A stretch of DNA of 64,000 bases, from positions 101 to 64,100 of the forward strand of contig JAUIBQ010000002.1 in assembly GCA_030427445.1 (NCBI GenBank), in the 5' to 3' direction. This document shows, in pieces, positions 46,265-55,677 of the stretch (positions within the stretch are counted from its first letter, which is position 1; each line of letters starts with the position of its first letter). Position numbers and translations under genes: made by a program. The stretch comes from a bacterium. Its GTDB lineage: Bacteria > Patescibacteriota > Saccharimonadia > Saccharimonadales > SZUA-47. The notes beneath the pieces were generated by a model that did not search any database, was not told the DNA's origin, and saw only the letters and a program-made list of their open reading frames with translations.

Positions 46265-46759
46265 ATGGCGAGACGATCGCGGAACGATAACGATTTGCTC
46301 ATGGAAGATGAGCTAACTGCTGCATTTTTGGGAGAAGAAGCAGATCTAGATGTAGGTGTTATGGATGACGACCAACAGGTTGATGATTCAATGCCGGAAC
46401 AATCAGCAGATGAGTGGGAAGAAGACGACGCTGTTCCAGGACAGCTCGCAGTAGATGTGTACGAAACGAAAGAAAAGCTTGTCGTAAAGGCACGCACAGC
46501 TGGAGTTGACCGGAATGAACTTGATGTAAGCATAGCTGACAATACGCTAAGTATTCGTGGCACGCTTTCAGCGGGTGAAGAGAGCGGAGTAGAGAACTAC
46601 TTCGTACAAGAATGTTACTGGGGCGAGTTTAGCCGAAGCATCGCGCTTCCAGTGCCAGTCAAAGAAGATGAGATCGAAGCCGTGCTAAAAGACGGAGTTC
46701 TCACTATCTCATTCACAAAAGTGAAGCAAGACACAGTTAAGAAGATTCAAATTAACTAA
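46265..46759 (+). CDS. Hsp20/alpha-crystallin family small heat-shock protein
   Basis: ACD core LAVDVYETKEKLVVKARTAGVDRNELDVSI...GVLTISFTK; acidic N-terminal extension. Confidence 0.85.
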   Translation: MARRSRNDNDLLMEDELTAAFLGEEADLDVGVMDDDQQVDDSMPEQSADEWEEDDAVPGQLAVDVYETKEKLVVKARTAGVDRNELDVSIADNTLSIRGTLSAGEESGVENYFVQECYWGEFSRSIALPVPVKEDEIEAVLKDGVLTISFTKVKQDTVKKIQIN

Positions 46760-46782
46760 TTGGCTGCCTAGTCAAAAACAAT

Positions 46783-46813
46783 AAACGACCCTACCAGAGG
46801 GTCGTTTTTATTT
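46783..46813 (+). terminator. Rho-independent terminator after hsp20
   Basis: aaacgaccct-accag-agggtcgttt + ttatttg. Confidence 0.7.
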
Positions 46814-46914
46814 GTCTGTAAATCAGTTTTAGCTATAGGAACAGGGGAGGTACTTTACTAAATTAAAAACCCGGTTGTTACGCCGGGTTTAGTTCGCTAA
46901 TCGTATATAACCAA

Positions 46915-47343
46915 CTAGACGACGTTATCAACGCTGTTCGCTGTACCGAGTACGAATCGAACGATAACTTGCGCTAACGCAACTACTACAAGGCCGATAA
47001 CCGCATAAAGGATGGTGTTCTTAGCACCAGATACGCTGTCTGATGAACCTTGGGAAGTGATGTATTTCACGCCACCTACCATAATCATGACAACAGAAAT
47101 GATACCAATAATCCACGAGAATAGGTTAATCGCATCAATAACTAGTTGGTTAACATTGTTTCGACCTGCGTCAGTCGCTGTGCCACCGCTACAGGTAGCA
47201 TTAAGATTGAGCTGAGACCCTTTACAAAGTCCTTCTTCTGTATTGTTCTGAGCTACAGCAACTGTCACAGGCACAAGTGGTGCGCCGAAGGTAGCAAGGC
47301 TCAAAATCGCGGTCATCATAAATGTTTTAATTTTTTGGATCAT
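46915..47343 (-). CDS. T4SS pilin-like protein, paralog 1 (signal peptide + variable Cys-pair ectodomain + conserved two-helix C-terminal domain)
   Basis: C-terminal IIGIISVVMIMVGGVKYITSQGSSDSVSGAKNTILYAVIGLVVVALAQVIVRFVLG shared by 7 tandem ORFs; VirB2/TrbC-like topology. Confidence 0.6.
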   Translation of the reverse strand: MIQKIKTFMMTAILSLATFGAPLVPVTVAVAQNNTEEGLCKGSQLNLNATCSGGTATDAGRNNVNQLVIDAINLFSWIIGIISVVMIMVGGVKYITSQGSSDSVSGAKNTILYAVIGLVVVALAQVIVRFVLGTANSVDNVV

Positions 47344-47439
47344 TATTATTTTCTCCTTTTATTAGAAAATACCTACATTTTCATGTGTTTACGCACTTAA
47401 GTGTATCTGGTTTTATGAAAAAATTCTAGTGTTTTAGCT

Positions 47440-47886
47440 TCAAGAATTAGCAATGTCTGCAGTAGTGCCGAGTACAAAGCGTACTATCAGTTGTGCTAGT
47501 GCTACTACTACGAGGCCGATGATAGCGTAGAGAATGGTGTTTTTCGCTGCAGTGACATTGCCTGAATCACCCTGAGAAGTGATGTACTTCACACCACCAA
47601 CCATGATCATAACGACTGCGATAATGCCAATCACAAGAGAGAAAAGGTCTATTGCGGTCGCGATAAGTTCTGAAATTTGCTCTTCAGCTATACCAAAATC
47701 TGAACCACAGTCCACAGCGTCTTCGTCTATGTTCGCACCTCGACATAAATTTTCTTGAATGTCCTGCGCTCCGACTTGCGGTGAAAGAAACGGCACAAAT
47801 AGTAGTCCTGTGACCATTAGCACCACAGCCGGGAAGTGTACAATCTTTGATGCGAGAAGCGCGAGTGAATGTGATGAATTAAACAT
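47440..47886 (-). CDS. T4SS pilin-like protein, paralog 2
   Basis: VIGIIAVVMIMVGGVKYITSQGDSGNVTAAKNTILYAIIGLVVVALAQLIVRFVLG; Cys pair LCRGANIDEDAVDC. Confidence 0.6.
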   Translation of the reverse strand: MFNSSHSLALLASKIVHFPAVVLMVTGLLFVPFLSPQVGAQDIQENLCRGANIDEDAVDCGSDFGIAEEQISELIATAIDLFSLVIGIIAVVMIMVGGVKYITSQGDSGNVTAAKNTILYAIIGLVVVALAQLIVRFVLGTTADIANS

Positions 47887-47904
47887 ACTAACCTTTCAAT
47901 TACT

Positions 47905-48312
47905 TTATGCAAAGAATCCGAGGACGAAGCGAACAATGAGCTGTGCAAGTGCGACGACGACGATTCCGATTGCTGCGTATATGATAGCATTCTTTGCTTG
48001 AGAAACCTTCTGTGAGTCTCCTTGAGAGGTGATGTAGCGTAAGCCTGCCAGCATAATCATCAATACTGCGATAATGCCAGCGACAAAAGAAAGTAGGTTT
48101 AGTGCTGATTCAAGTCCATTATCAATAGTTACGTCGTCTGTGTCATCGGTGCATGAAGCATTATTGTCGATAACTCCAAGTGATTCACATGCAGCATCTG
48201 AAGAGTTATTTTGAGCATGTACCAGTTGCGCCGGAAAGAAAAGACTGAATAAAAAGACACCTGTGATAAGAAGCTTGCTAACTGAAGTTAATTTTCTCGT
48301 CATATCGTACAT
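47905..48312 (-). CDS. T4SS pilin-like protein, paralog 3
   Basis: VAGIIAVLMIMLAGLRYITSQGDSQKVSQAKNAIIYAAIGIVVVALAQLIVRFVLG; Cys pair ACESLGVIDNNASC. Confidence 0.6.
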   Translation of the reverse strand: MYDMTRKLTSVSKLLITGVFLFSLFFPAQLVHAQNNSSDAACESLGVIDNNASCTDDTDDVTIDNGLESALNLLSFVAGIIAVLMIMLAGLRYITSQGDSQKVSQAKNAIIYAAIGIVVVALAQLIVRFVLGFFA

Positions 48313-48322
48313 TATAAAACCC

Positions 48323-48727
48323 TTAGTTTATTAGCTCTCCAATAACAACTGAGACGATGGCTTGAGCAAACAGGACAATCACGATACCTATTACAGCATA
48401 TATCATGAGGTTTCTTGCACTGTTAAACTTCTGTGGATCGCCGTCAGACGTCATCATCTGGACACCACCAACAATAATTATAATAACTGCAATAATACCT
48501 GCCACGATTGAGAGGATATTGAAAACACTTCTAAATAAACCGTCCTCACCACTAACGGGGTCTTCTGTGCTCTGTAAATCTTGGCATATCGGTGAACTAG
48601 ATGAGTCATTTCGACACACTTCGTTGATAGCATTACTTTGTGCACCGACCAAGGTAGGCGATAAAGAAATCAGGATAACGAATAGCAAAGCCAGAGTCGA
48701 TAGAGATGTTTTTATGCTCGTTATCAT
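48323..48727 (-). CDS. T4SS pilin-like protein, paralog 4 (more divergent)
   Basis: VAGIIAVIIIIVGGVQMMTSDGDPQKFNSARNLMIYAVIGIVIVLFAQAIV; Cys pair VCRNDSSSSPIC. Confidence 0.55.
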   Translation of the reverse strand: MITSIKTSLSTLALLFVILISLSPTLVGAQSNAINEVCRNDSSSSPICQDLQSTEDPVSGEDGLFRSVFNILSIVAGIIAVIIIIVGGVQMMTSDGDPQKFNSARNLMIYAVIGIVIVLFAQAIVSVVIGELIN

Positions 48728-49014
48728 AGTGCCCCCGCAACAAATCTTATAATTGAAGTTGCAAGTGCAGCAATGATAATTCCGACTATTGCGTATATGA
48801 TTGTATTTCTTGCATTTTTTGTTTTCTGTGGATCACCTTGTGAAGTTATGAAATTAATGCCAGCAACAATAATAACTACAGTCGCAACAGCAACCACCAA
48901 GATAAATACCCACCCCATTATGGTGTCTAAGCCTGCTTCCTGATTTTCATTTTTAGGCAAACCAGTAAGGTCGTCTGGGTTGATATTAATCTGAGAAAGC
49001 TTGTGAAAATACAT
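48724..49014 (-). CDS. T4SS pilin-like protein, paralog 5 (core only; lacks signal peptide and Cys-containing variable domain)
   Basis: VAVATVVIIVAGINFITSQGDPQKTKNARNTIIYAIVGIIIAALATSIIRFVAG; overlaps paralog 4 start by 4 nt. Confidence 0.5.
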   Translation of the reverse strand: MYFHKLSQININPDDLTGLPKNENQEAGLDTIMGWVFILVVAVATVVIIVAGINFITSQGDPQKTKNARNTIIYAIVGIIIAALATSIIRFVAGAL

Positions 49015-49015
49015 A

Positions 49016-49468
49016 TTACCCTCCCAGAGTCCTTCCTACATATGCAACAATTTGTGATGCAATAAGCACTATAGCGAAACCAATAGCAGCGTTTATAACT
49101 GTTTGGCGCGCTTTTGTAGCGTTGTCAGGATTGCCTTGAGATGTAATAAACTTAAACGAACCCCAGAAAATCATAACTAATGCTACGAATGTTGACGCCT
49201 TTAATAACCCTTCAAGGATGGTGATGCCTATCACTAAAGAAGTATTGACTTGCTCTTCTTCGTCGCCGTCACCTAAAGAAGGCTGACAATCCCCCTCTTC
49301 ACTTTCTGGTAAATAGTTATACCATGCAGGTATAGTGAGAAAGCTGTCTTGACACCTCACCGGTAGAGCATGGGCTTTCTGGGGAGCGGCATTGCTAGCG
49401 ATAGCCAATGCACTAAAAATAACTATCAAACTAACTGTCATCTTTAAAAATATAGTCTGCAGCTTCAT
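49016..49468 (-). CDS. T4SS pilin-like protein, paralog 6
   Basis: FVALVMIFWGSFKFITSQGNPDNATKARQTVINAAIGFAIVLIASQIV; Cys pair RCQD..DCQP. Start set to ATG 49468 (signal peptide MKLQTIFLKMTVSLIVIFSALAIASNA) because the longer ORF-track version overlaps paralog 7. Confidence 0.5.
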   Translation of the reverse strand: MKLQTIFLKMTVSLIVIFSALAIASNAAPQKAHALPVRCQDSFLTIPAWYNYLPESEEGDCQPSLGDGDEEEQVNTSLVIGITILEGLLKASTFVALVMIFWGSFKFITSQGNPDNATKARQTVINAAIGFAIVLIASQIVAYVGRTLGG

Positions 49469-49508
49469 TACAAATATCATATACCATTTATTAGCCAAAG
49501 ACCAAAGC

Positions 49509-50057
49509 CTAGAGCACTCCTCCTGGCACGAGGAAATTAAGTAAACCATACCCAAACACGAATAGTGCTAGTGCAACCAGAGCCCAAACGATACGTTTTT
49601 TAGCTGCAGCAACCGCCGCCGGATTATCGCGAGCCGACATATATTGATATCCAGCAAACATGACTGACGCGACTATCGCCATAATGGCTAAGGCAGACAA
49701 AAAGTTAATCGCAATTACTAGATAGTTAATGATCGTACAATTGTCTTTACTAAGAGCTACACCATTACCTGGCTCACAGTTATTTGGATCTGAGGCGTCA
49801 AAACCACTTACACCTTCTGTTTCGCTAACACACGCTCCATCTATAGAGCTAGTCCCGATTTGGCACTGACAATACTCTGCTGTAACTGCTCTTCCAGCAA
49901 CTACTTCTGTTTCTGTAGTCCATGTACCACCAGACGCTTTGCATGCTTCTTCATCAGCAGAGACTGTGGGTGGTGCTACAAAAAACAGAAAAACACCTGT
50001 TGCTAGAATCGCGACTATGAGTGAGTTGATTATATAAATTTTTATTTGATTAAGCAT
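49509..50057 (-). CDS. T4SS pilin-like protein, paralog 7 (largest, Cys-rich ectodomain; first gene of the pilin operon)
   Basis: FLSALAIMAIVASVMFAGYQYMSARDNPAAVAAAKKRIVWALVALALFVFGYGLLNF; seven Cys in ectodomain. Start set to ATG 50057 (RBS aaagg). Confidence 0.5.
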   Translation of the reverse strand: MLNQIKIYIINSLIVAILATGVFLFFVAPPTVSADEEACKASGGTWTTETEVVAGRAVTAEYCQCQIGTSSIDGACVSETEGVSGFDASDPNNCEPGNGVALSKDNCTIINYLVIAINFLSALAIMAIVASVMFAGYQYMSARDNPAAVAAAKKRIVWALVALALFVFGYGLLNFLVPGGVL

Positions 50058-50160
50058 TTTATTACCTTTATATTTTATAGTATACAAACATTTAATACTA
50101 TGTACAAAAATAGTATTTGTGTACATAGTACTTACGTTTTTAATATCAATGGTTTATTGG

Positions 50161-50166
50161 TATAAT
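50161..50166 (+). promoter_or_regulatory. TATAAT -10 box in divergent promoter region between pilin operon and T4SS operon
   Basis: ttattggTATAATtttactaattcaagggggcatcTTG; flanked by TGTACA-N16-TGTACA palindromes at 50099-50126. Confidence 0.4.
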
Positions 50167-50188
50167 TTTACTAATTCAAGGGGGCATC

Positions 50189-50821
50189 TTGGGCAAGGCA
50201 TTTATAATCAAATTCATCACTATATCAGTAGTGCTAGCATTACTAGTATTCGTGGGCACTATAGTATATAGATTTTTTTTCGATAAGGTGATGATTAATG
50301 AAAATAGCCTTGTTGTTACATCAAACAACAACGTAGAGTACATGACTCCAGACAACTGGAATGAACTTTACACGGGATCTACTGACTTAACCGTCGCGTA
50401 CTCGCCTAAGGAAGAGGATAGTTTAGAAAGCGCAGATGATATCCTAGGTTTTAGAGTAGAAAATAAAGCACCGACAAATTTTAGTTATACCAATCTCACT
50501 TCAAATGAAAAACAAATTGCAGAGACAAACCTAATAAATGACTACACTGATCCTGATTTTTTTGAGTATATATGTTCTGATCCCAGCAATATTTCCGCTA
50601 CGAAAGATGTACAAACTCTGGAGAATTTTGATTTGTCGTTTAGTATTAGCATGGACTGCAACAGAGAGTCTGAAAATGGAGTTTTGCCAAGTAAAATAAA
50701 TGCTGTTGCAGGAATAAAAGCTGGGACTGAGTACATTTTGTTTTATAGTGTAAGCGAAAAAACATATAAGAATAACGAGGTAGTTCTGGCAAAGATACTA
50801 AATTCGCTTAGCTACTTATAG
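50189..50821 (+). CDS. Hypothetical membrane-anchored protein, first gene of T4SS operon (TTG start)
   Basis: RBS aaggggg 5 nt upstream of TTG; N-terminal TM FIIKFITISVVLALLVFVGTIVY. Confidence 0.4.
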   Translation: MGKAFIIKFITISVVLALLVFVGTIVYRFFFDKVMINENSLVVTSNNNVEYMTPDNWNELYTGSTDLTVAYSPKEEDSLESADDILGFRVENKAPTNFSYTNLTSNEKQIAETNLINDYTDPDFFEYICSDPSNISATKDVQTLENFDLSFSISMDCNRESENGVLPSKINAVAGIKAGTEYILFYSVSEKTYKNNEVVLAKILNSLSYL

Positions 50822-50878
50822 ATACCTCTTATACCGATATGCCCTTAGTTAATAATATGCTAGTATTCACTCATAGAA

Positions 50879-53800
50879 ATGCAAAGAAATAAAAGCAAAG
50901 CCATCATCTTAAATAAAATTCGAGCACAACAATTGTTTGTAGTTGCTTATTTCATGATACTACTTATAAACATGCTCGGTTTGTTTAACGTAGGTCAGGT
51001 TAGGGCTGCTCCTTTCTATGAAAACATACAGACAGACTACACAGTGTACAACCTTCTAGTGGGCTTTTCTTACAGTTGTGGTGTTGATGGAGGCGATGAC
51101 AGAAGGATGAGTCTCGACGACATGAATGATGTCTACGATAACGACGAAGGCAACGACAACGCAGGATATGACGGAAACAATTATGAGTCAGATCCTGGTA
51201 AGAGAATAAACTTGGGCTTATCTACAAGTGGTTTTGGTGTCATTGATGGTATGGCAAGTTGTGACGAGATAGCGACAGAAGCAGTCACCAGAATTATGGA
51301 TTATTATGAAATTGACAATGACAGGCCAACTGATGCAGATGAAGCAAAATCATACATAATTAACTTCTTATCAGTGAGCGCAGGTGACACCAAGGAAGAC
51401 ATGATTGAGTACATTGAAAGTCTTGAAGGTGATGGACTAAAAGACGTCCTGGGAATCAACAGCACTATAGAACTAAGAAGTAATGCGTGGCGCAATTTTG
51501 TAGATACCATTACTGAACCGATGTTTGAAGAAATTGGTCAGAGCTTAGTCGATAACGTAACTGAGATTGACCTCGCTAACTGGATCGCACCAGCCTTAAA
51601 CTACTGCTTAGACTGGTCCGACACAGCACCTCAAAATAACGACGATATACGAATTGATTTATCTAGTACGGCTGGACTATATGGGTTTACTCCGGTAGAT
51701 GGCTATAGCGAAAGTAGGATGAGTGAAGTATTTTCTTCTTTTGATAAAGGAAGCGACGGAAAACTATTTGCAGGAAAATCTTGGGCTAGTATCGCTGATG
51801 GAGAGTTTTATTTTCTGTTTAGAGATTATGCTCGTTACCCATCTGAAAATAGTGGCGCTTTTCATGACGCCTATGAGGCATTTATAGATACAACAACAGC
51901 ATATCTTAGTGGAGGGTGGAGTTTGGTAGTGGGTCCTGACGACTCTGAAGAAGGGTATTTTTATCCTTTCGGTTATTCAAGTGAACTATTCTTTGACGAT
52001 GTACCTAGTGCTCGTTCACATAATGAAGGCTTCCGAAGAGGCGGTTTACTATCTTGCCAAAATATTGAGGAAAATGTTAGCAAGTTTGACGATGGTATGG
52101 AGGGAAAAGGAGACGGTAGAAACATTCAGGCTAAAGCACCTACCGCAGGTACGGGTGTGCCCCAGAATACAACTGGCAATGGAGGCGAAGCTGTCGCTGC
52201 TCAACCAAGCTGTGAGTCTCAAGGAGGAGCATTTAGTTTTATCCTTTGTCCAGCACTGGAGGCTATGGGAGACGGGTTTGTCTGGTTCGATCAGAGAATC
52301 GAAGATGCTCTTGTGGTTAATACTTCATATATTACAAACGACGGGACTCGCGATGCATGGAACAATTTTAGAAATATTGCCTATATATTACTTATTCCGA
52401 TAATGCTCGTGATGGTTATTGGCACAGCATTGAATTTCAATTTCCTAGATGCTTACACAGTCAAGCGTGCTCTTCCACGCTTATTTGCAGCGGTAATCTT
52501 TATAACACTTTCCTACAGTATCTGCCTCTTGATGATTGAGGTCACCAATGTCATAGGTGCAGGCACTAGAGGTCTAATATCCTCACCATTTGGCGGAACA
52601 GAAGCGTTAAGTCTAGAAAATATATTTAACCCTCCTGGGGCAGGCGGTACAGCTTTATATGGGTTAGCAATATTTGGTGGTATCGGCATAGCTGCGCTGT
52701 CGGGTGTGACCATTGGCTCATTGTTTGTCACAGTTGCGCTGGGGGCATTGGCGCTTTTGATAGTTTTTGTACTTTTGTATCTTCGCGAACTACTTATCAC
52801 TTTACTTGTCATTCTCGCACCACTCGCAATTGTTGCATGGATTTTTCCTGGCAATGATAAACCTTGGAAGTTTTGGTGGCAGGCATTTTCAAAAATGCTG
52901 TACTTTTTCCCGGTGGTCATCGCAGTAATAACATTCGGTAAGGCTTTTGCTTCAATCGTAGATGTGGTTGCTGGTGAAGACGGAAACGTCATAACAACCA
53001 TGATAAAAATAGTTGCATATGTAGGCCCATACTTCTTTATTCCGAAACTCTTTACTATGGCGGGTGGTGCATTGGGTAATATAGCTGGTATGGTGAACGA
53101 CAGAAGTAAAGGTGTCTTTGACAGAGGGCGTAAGGCTCGCGAAGGAATGAAAGCAAACCAGAGACAACAAATTAAGGCTGGCGGTGGAGGAGTTTTTGGG
53201 GTCGGAAAGAATAGTAGAATCGGAAAAGGTTTTGGGTCTATGGGAGCGGGTGCATACGGTATAGGTAAGTCTCTTTCTGATAACGGTGTCGCTGGATTAA
53301 GTAGAGGAAATATCACAGCAGCACGACGAGCAAACGAAGCTATTCATGGTAAAAAGATGCTTGACGATGATCATGATATGGGTGTATGGGATGGAAATGA
53401 TACTGTTTCGGGTATCAGCTCTGATTTAATGACGGGTAATGTCACTGGTTTAGCTCTACAACTGTCGAGAGCTCATGGCTTAAGCGAGAGTGATGCCATG
53501 GCGGAGGCTCGAGGAATGGTATCACAGTTTAGAAGAAACTCAGGACAGGGACTTGAGAATGCATTTTCTCGTATTGGCGGTATGGAAGGTGCCGAACTAC
53601 GAACTGCTGTTGCACAAGTCCAAACAGCTAGAGGAAAGTACTCTGACGATATTTTATCAAGACATCTTGTTGAAAAAGCAATGGCAGGAGGAACTTACTA
53701 TAAAAACTCTGGTGAAGCTTGGCATGCAGCAGGTCTTGCAACAGAAGGCAACGAAAATGCTGTTGCCTCAATGAACGTGACGGGCAGAAAAGCTCTTATT

Positions 53801-54412
53801 GGTGCGGGACAAATTATAGATGGGGGTGCGGGATTTGGCACAACAAGAGGGGAGATGCTAACTGCTGCCTCTGCTGGAGGGGAGAGGAGTTTCGATGAAA
53901 TATCTCAGTCACAGCGCAGGTACGAAACTGCAGCAATGGAGTCAAAGTCTATGCAATCTCTCCTACATGAACAAATGAAGGCTGGCAACTACGACAAAGT
54001 TGCGAGCTTCTTGCGAACGAATATATCTGAAGCCTATGAGTCAGGCGATCAGAGACGTATTGAACAGGCTGTTGCTGTTGCAGAGCAGGCGCATGTGATA
54101 GCAAAAAACGCTAGTCCAGCAGCAGACAGAGCAGTGTCTGAAGTCATGGACATGCCAGTTTATGTAGGCATGTCGTCCGCTAATGCAAACAGCCCATTCA
54201 ATCGGGACCCTACGGGAAGACGCATATTGTCCGCTCAGGAACGTGATGCACCAACAGTAAGGCAAGAAACTCATCGTCTGGGTAGAGATTCTGGTACATA
54301 CCAAGACATTCAAAGACAATATACAGAGGCCGAATATCAAGGTCAATCTCAAATTATGGGAAGAACCCCTGATGTAGGAGCAAGTACACCAGGACCCACT
54401 GAAGGACTTTAA
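50879..54412 (+). CDS. Giant polytopic membrane protein, VirB6/TrbL-like channel component with large extracytoplasmic N- and C-terminal regions
   Basis: Signal/TM at N-terminus, ~450-aa acidic ectodomain, central block of >=6 TM helices, Gly-rich C-terminal ~400 aa. Confidence 0.45.
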   Translation: MQRNKSKAIILNKIRAQQLFVVAYFMILLINMLGLFNVGQVRAAPFYENIQTDYTVYNLLVGFSYSCGVDGGDDRRMSLDDMNDVYDNDEGNDNAGYDGNNYESDPGKRINLGLSTSGFGVIDGMASCDEIATEAVTRIMDYYEIDNDRPTDADEAKSYIINFLSVSAGDTKEDMIEYIESLEGDGLKDVLGINSTIELRSNAWRNFVDTITEPMFEEIGQSLVDNVTEIDLANWIAPALNYCLDWSDTAPQNNDDIRIDLSSTAGLYGFTPVDGYSESRMSEVFSSFDKGSDGKLFAGKSWASIADGEFYFLFRDYARYPSENSGAFHDAYEAFIDTTTAYLSGGWSLVVGPDDSEEGYFYPFGYSSELFFDDVPSARSHNEGFRRGGLLSCQNIEENVSKFDDGMEGKGDGRNIQAKAPTAGTGVPQNTTGNGGEAVAAQPSCESQGGAFSFILCPALEAMGDGFVWFDQRIEDALVVNTSYITNDGTRDAWNNFRNIAYILLIPIMLVMVIGTALNFNFLDAYTVKRALPRLFAAVIFITLSYSICLLMIEVTNVIGAGTRGLISSPFGGTEALSLENIFNPPGAGGTALYGLAIFGGIGIAALSGVTIGSLFVTVALGALALLIVFVLLYLRELLITLLVILAPLAIVAWIFPGNDKPWKFWWQAFSKMLYFFPVVIAVITFGKAFASIVDVVAGEDGNVITTMIKIVAYVGPYFFIPKLFTMAGGALGNIAGMVNDRSKGVFDRGRKAREGMKANQRQQIKAGGGGVFGVGKNSRIGKGFGSMGAGAYGIGKSLSDNGVAGLSRGNITAARRANEAIHGKKMLDDDHDMGVWDGNDTVSGISSDLMTGNVTGLALQLSRAHGLSESDAMAEARGMVSQFRRNSGQGLENAFSRIGGMEGAELRTAVAQVQTARGKYSDDILSRHLVEKAMAGGTYYKNSGEAWHAAGLATEGNENAVASMNVTGRKALIGAGQIIDGGAGFGTTRGEMLTAASAGGERSFDEISQSQRRYETAAMESKSMQSLLHEQMKAGNYDKVASFLRTNISEAYESGDQRRIEQAVAVAEQAHVIAKNASPAADRAVSEVMDMPVYVGMSSANANSPFNRDPTGRRILSAQERDAPTVRQETHRLGRDSGTYQDIQRQYTEAEYQGQSQIMGRTPDVGASTPGPTEGL

Positions 54413-54449
54413 GGAAAATTACGTAAAACTGTTATAATACTAGTGTTTT

Positions 54450-55607
54450 ATGGCCGTTTATAAAGTACCACAAGATGTCGAGGCAGAGGACAAGTTTTTA
54501 GGTCCTTTGACGTTCAAGCAGTTTCTCTTTTTCGGAGGAGTGTTAATCTTTGGATACATCACATTTCTTACAGCAACTAAGGTGGTGTTTCTTGCTCCGG
54601 TTTTCGCTATCCCTACGCTCGTTTTTGCCGTGCTTGCGACACCCTGGAGCAAAGACCAGCCGACGGAAGTGTTCTTAGGTGCTCGCTTCCGGTTTTTCTT
54701 CAAACCACGCAAGCGTATCTGGGACCAGACAGGCATCAAAGACTTAGTCAAAATCACCGTGCCAAAACGTGAAGCTCATGTGTATTCAGACGGCCTCTCA
54801 CAAGGTGAGGTGAGAAAACGCTTTGGTGCGTTAGCAACGATGGTAGACAGCCGTGGCTGGGCTGTAAAGAGCGTTCCGGGACTTTCACAAGTCAACGTAG
54901 CAGAGCAGAGTGACCGACTTGTCGAAGCTCCTCAGCAAGCTCCAAGTCAAAACGAAGCGATTTTAGCGCAGACTGAAGATGTGCTTGATGAAGACACCGG
55001 TGTCGTCGGAAAAAGTCTCGACAACATGATCGCTCAGTCAGAGCAAAAACATAAAAGTGAAACTCTGAAAATGATTCAACAAGCCCGTCAGGGTGGTGGG
55101 GGAGATACGAGTGCACCTAGCTTAAGCCCAGCACAAAAAAATAACACTGCCAAACCTAAAGCTGACCAGAACTCTCAAGATTTCTGGTTTATGCATCAGC
55201 AAAACGGCCAGGGTGGGCAAGCAGCCCCAGACCCTTCGCTCGCAACATTTAGCAACTCAACTGTTGTGTCTCCTGGAAGCACCACTCAACAAACCACAAC
55301 TCAGTCTGTTAAAGACGACCCCGTAGATGAGCAAGCAGTGTTGGATAAAATCCACGAAAAAGAGCGTAGAGACGCACTGCAGACACATTCACATCATGGC
55401 AAAGTAGTAAACCCGGACGGCACTGTACCTCAACAAAACGAAAGCCAAACAACAGAAGAAAAAAAGGATAAGCAAAACGTGACTACTCCTGTTAATCCTG
55501 ATATACTGAACCTAGCATCTAACAGAGATTTGAACGTTGCTACGATCCAGAGGCAAGCGAATAAAAAAGACGACGGCCAAGACGAAGTCGTGATTTCGCT
55601 TCACTAG
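54450..55607 (+). CDS. PrgI-family (VirB3-like) T4SS protein with long low-complexity C-terminal extension
   Basis: N-terminus MAVYKVPQDVEAEDKFLGPLTFKQFLFFGGVLIFGYITFL + second TM matches PrgI family hallmark (VP.D...EDK...G.LT..Q + 2 TM). Confidence 0.55.
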   Translation: MAVYKVPQDVEAEDKFLGPLTFKQFLFFGGVLIFGYITFLTATKVVFLAPVFAIPTLVFAVLATPWSKDQPTEVFLGARFRFFFKPRKRIWDQTGIKDLVKITVPKREAHVYSDGLSQGEVRKRFGALATMVDSRGWAVKSVPGLSQVNVAEQSDRLVEAPQQAPSQNEAILAQTEDVLDEDTGVVGKSLDNMIAQSEQKHKSETLKMIQQARQGGGGDTSAPSLSPAQKNNTAKPKADQNSQDFWFMHQQNGQGGQAAPDPSLATFSNSTVVSPGSTTQQTTTQSVKDDPVDEQAVLDKIHEKERRDALQTHSHHGKVVNPDGTVPQQNESQTTEEKKDKQNVTTPVNPDILNLASNRDLNVATIQRQANKKDDGQDEVVISLH

Positions 55608-55677
55608 TATCAAAACTGATTCAAACGTTAGAATCAGTTTTGAAGTAAGGGTGGGAGACCAGTAAATACACGAAAAT

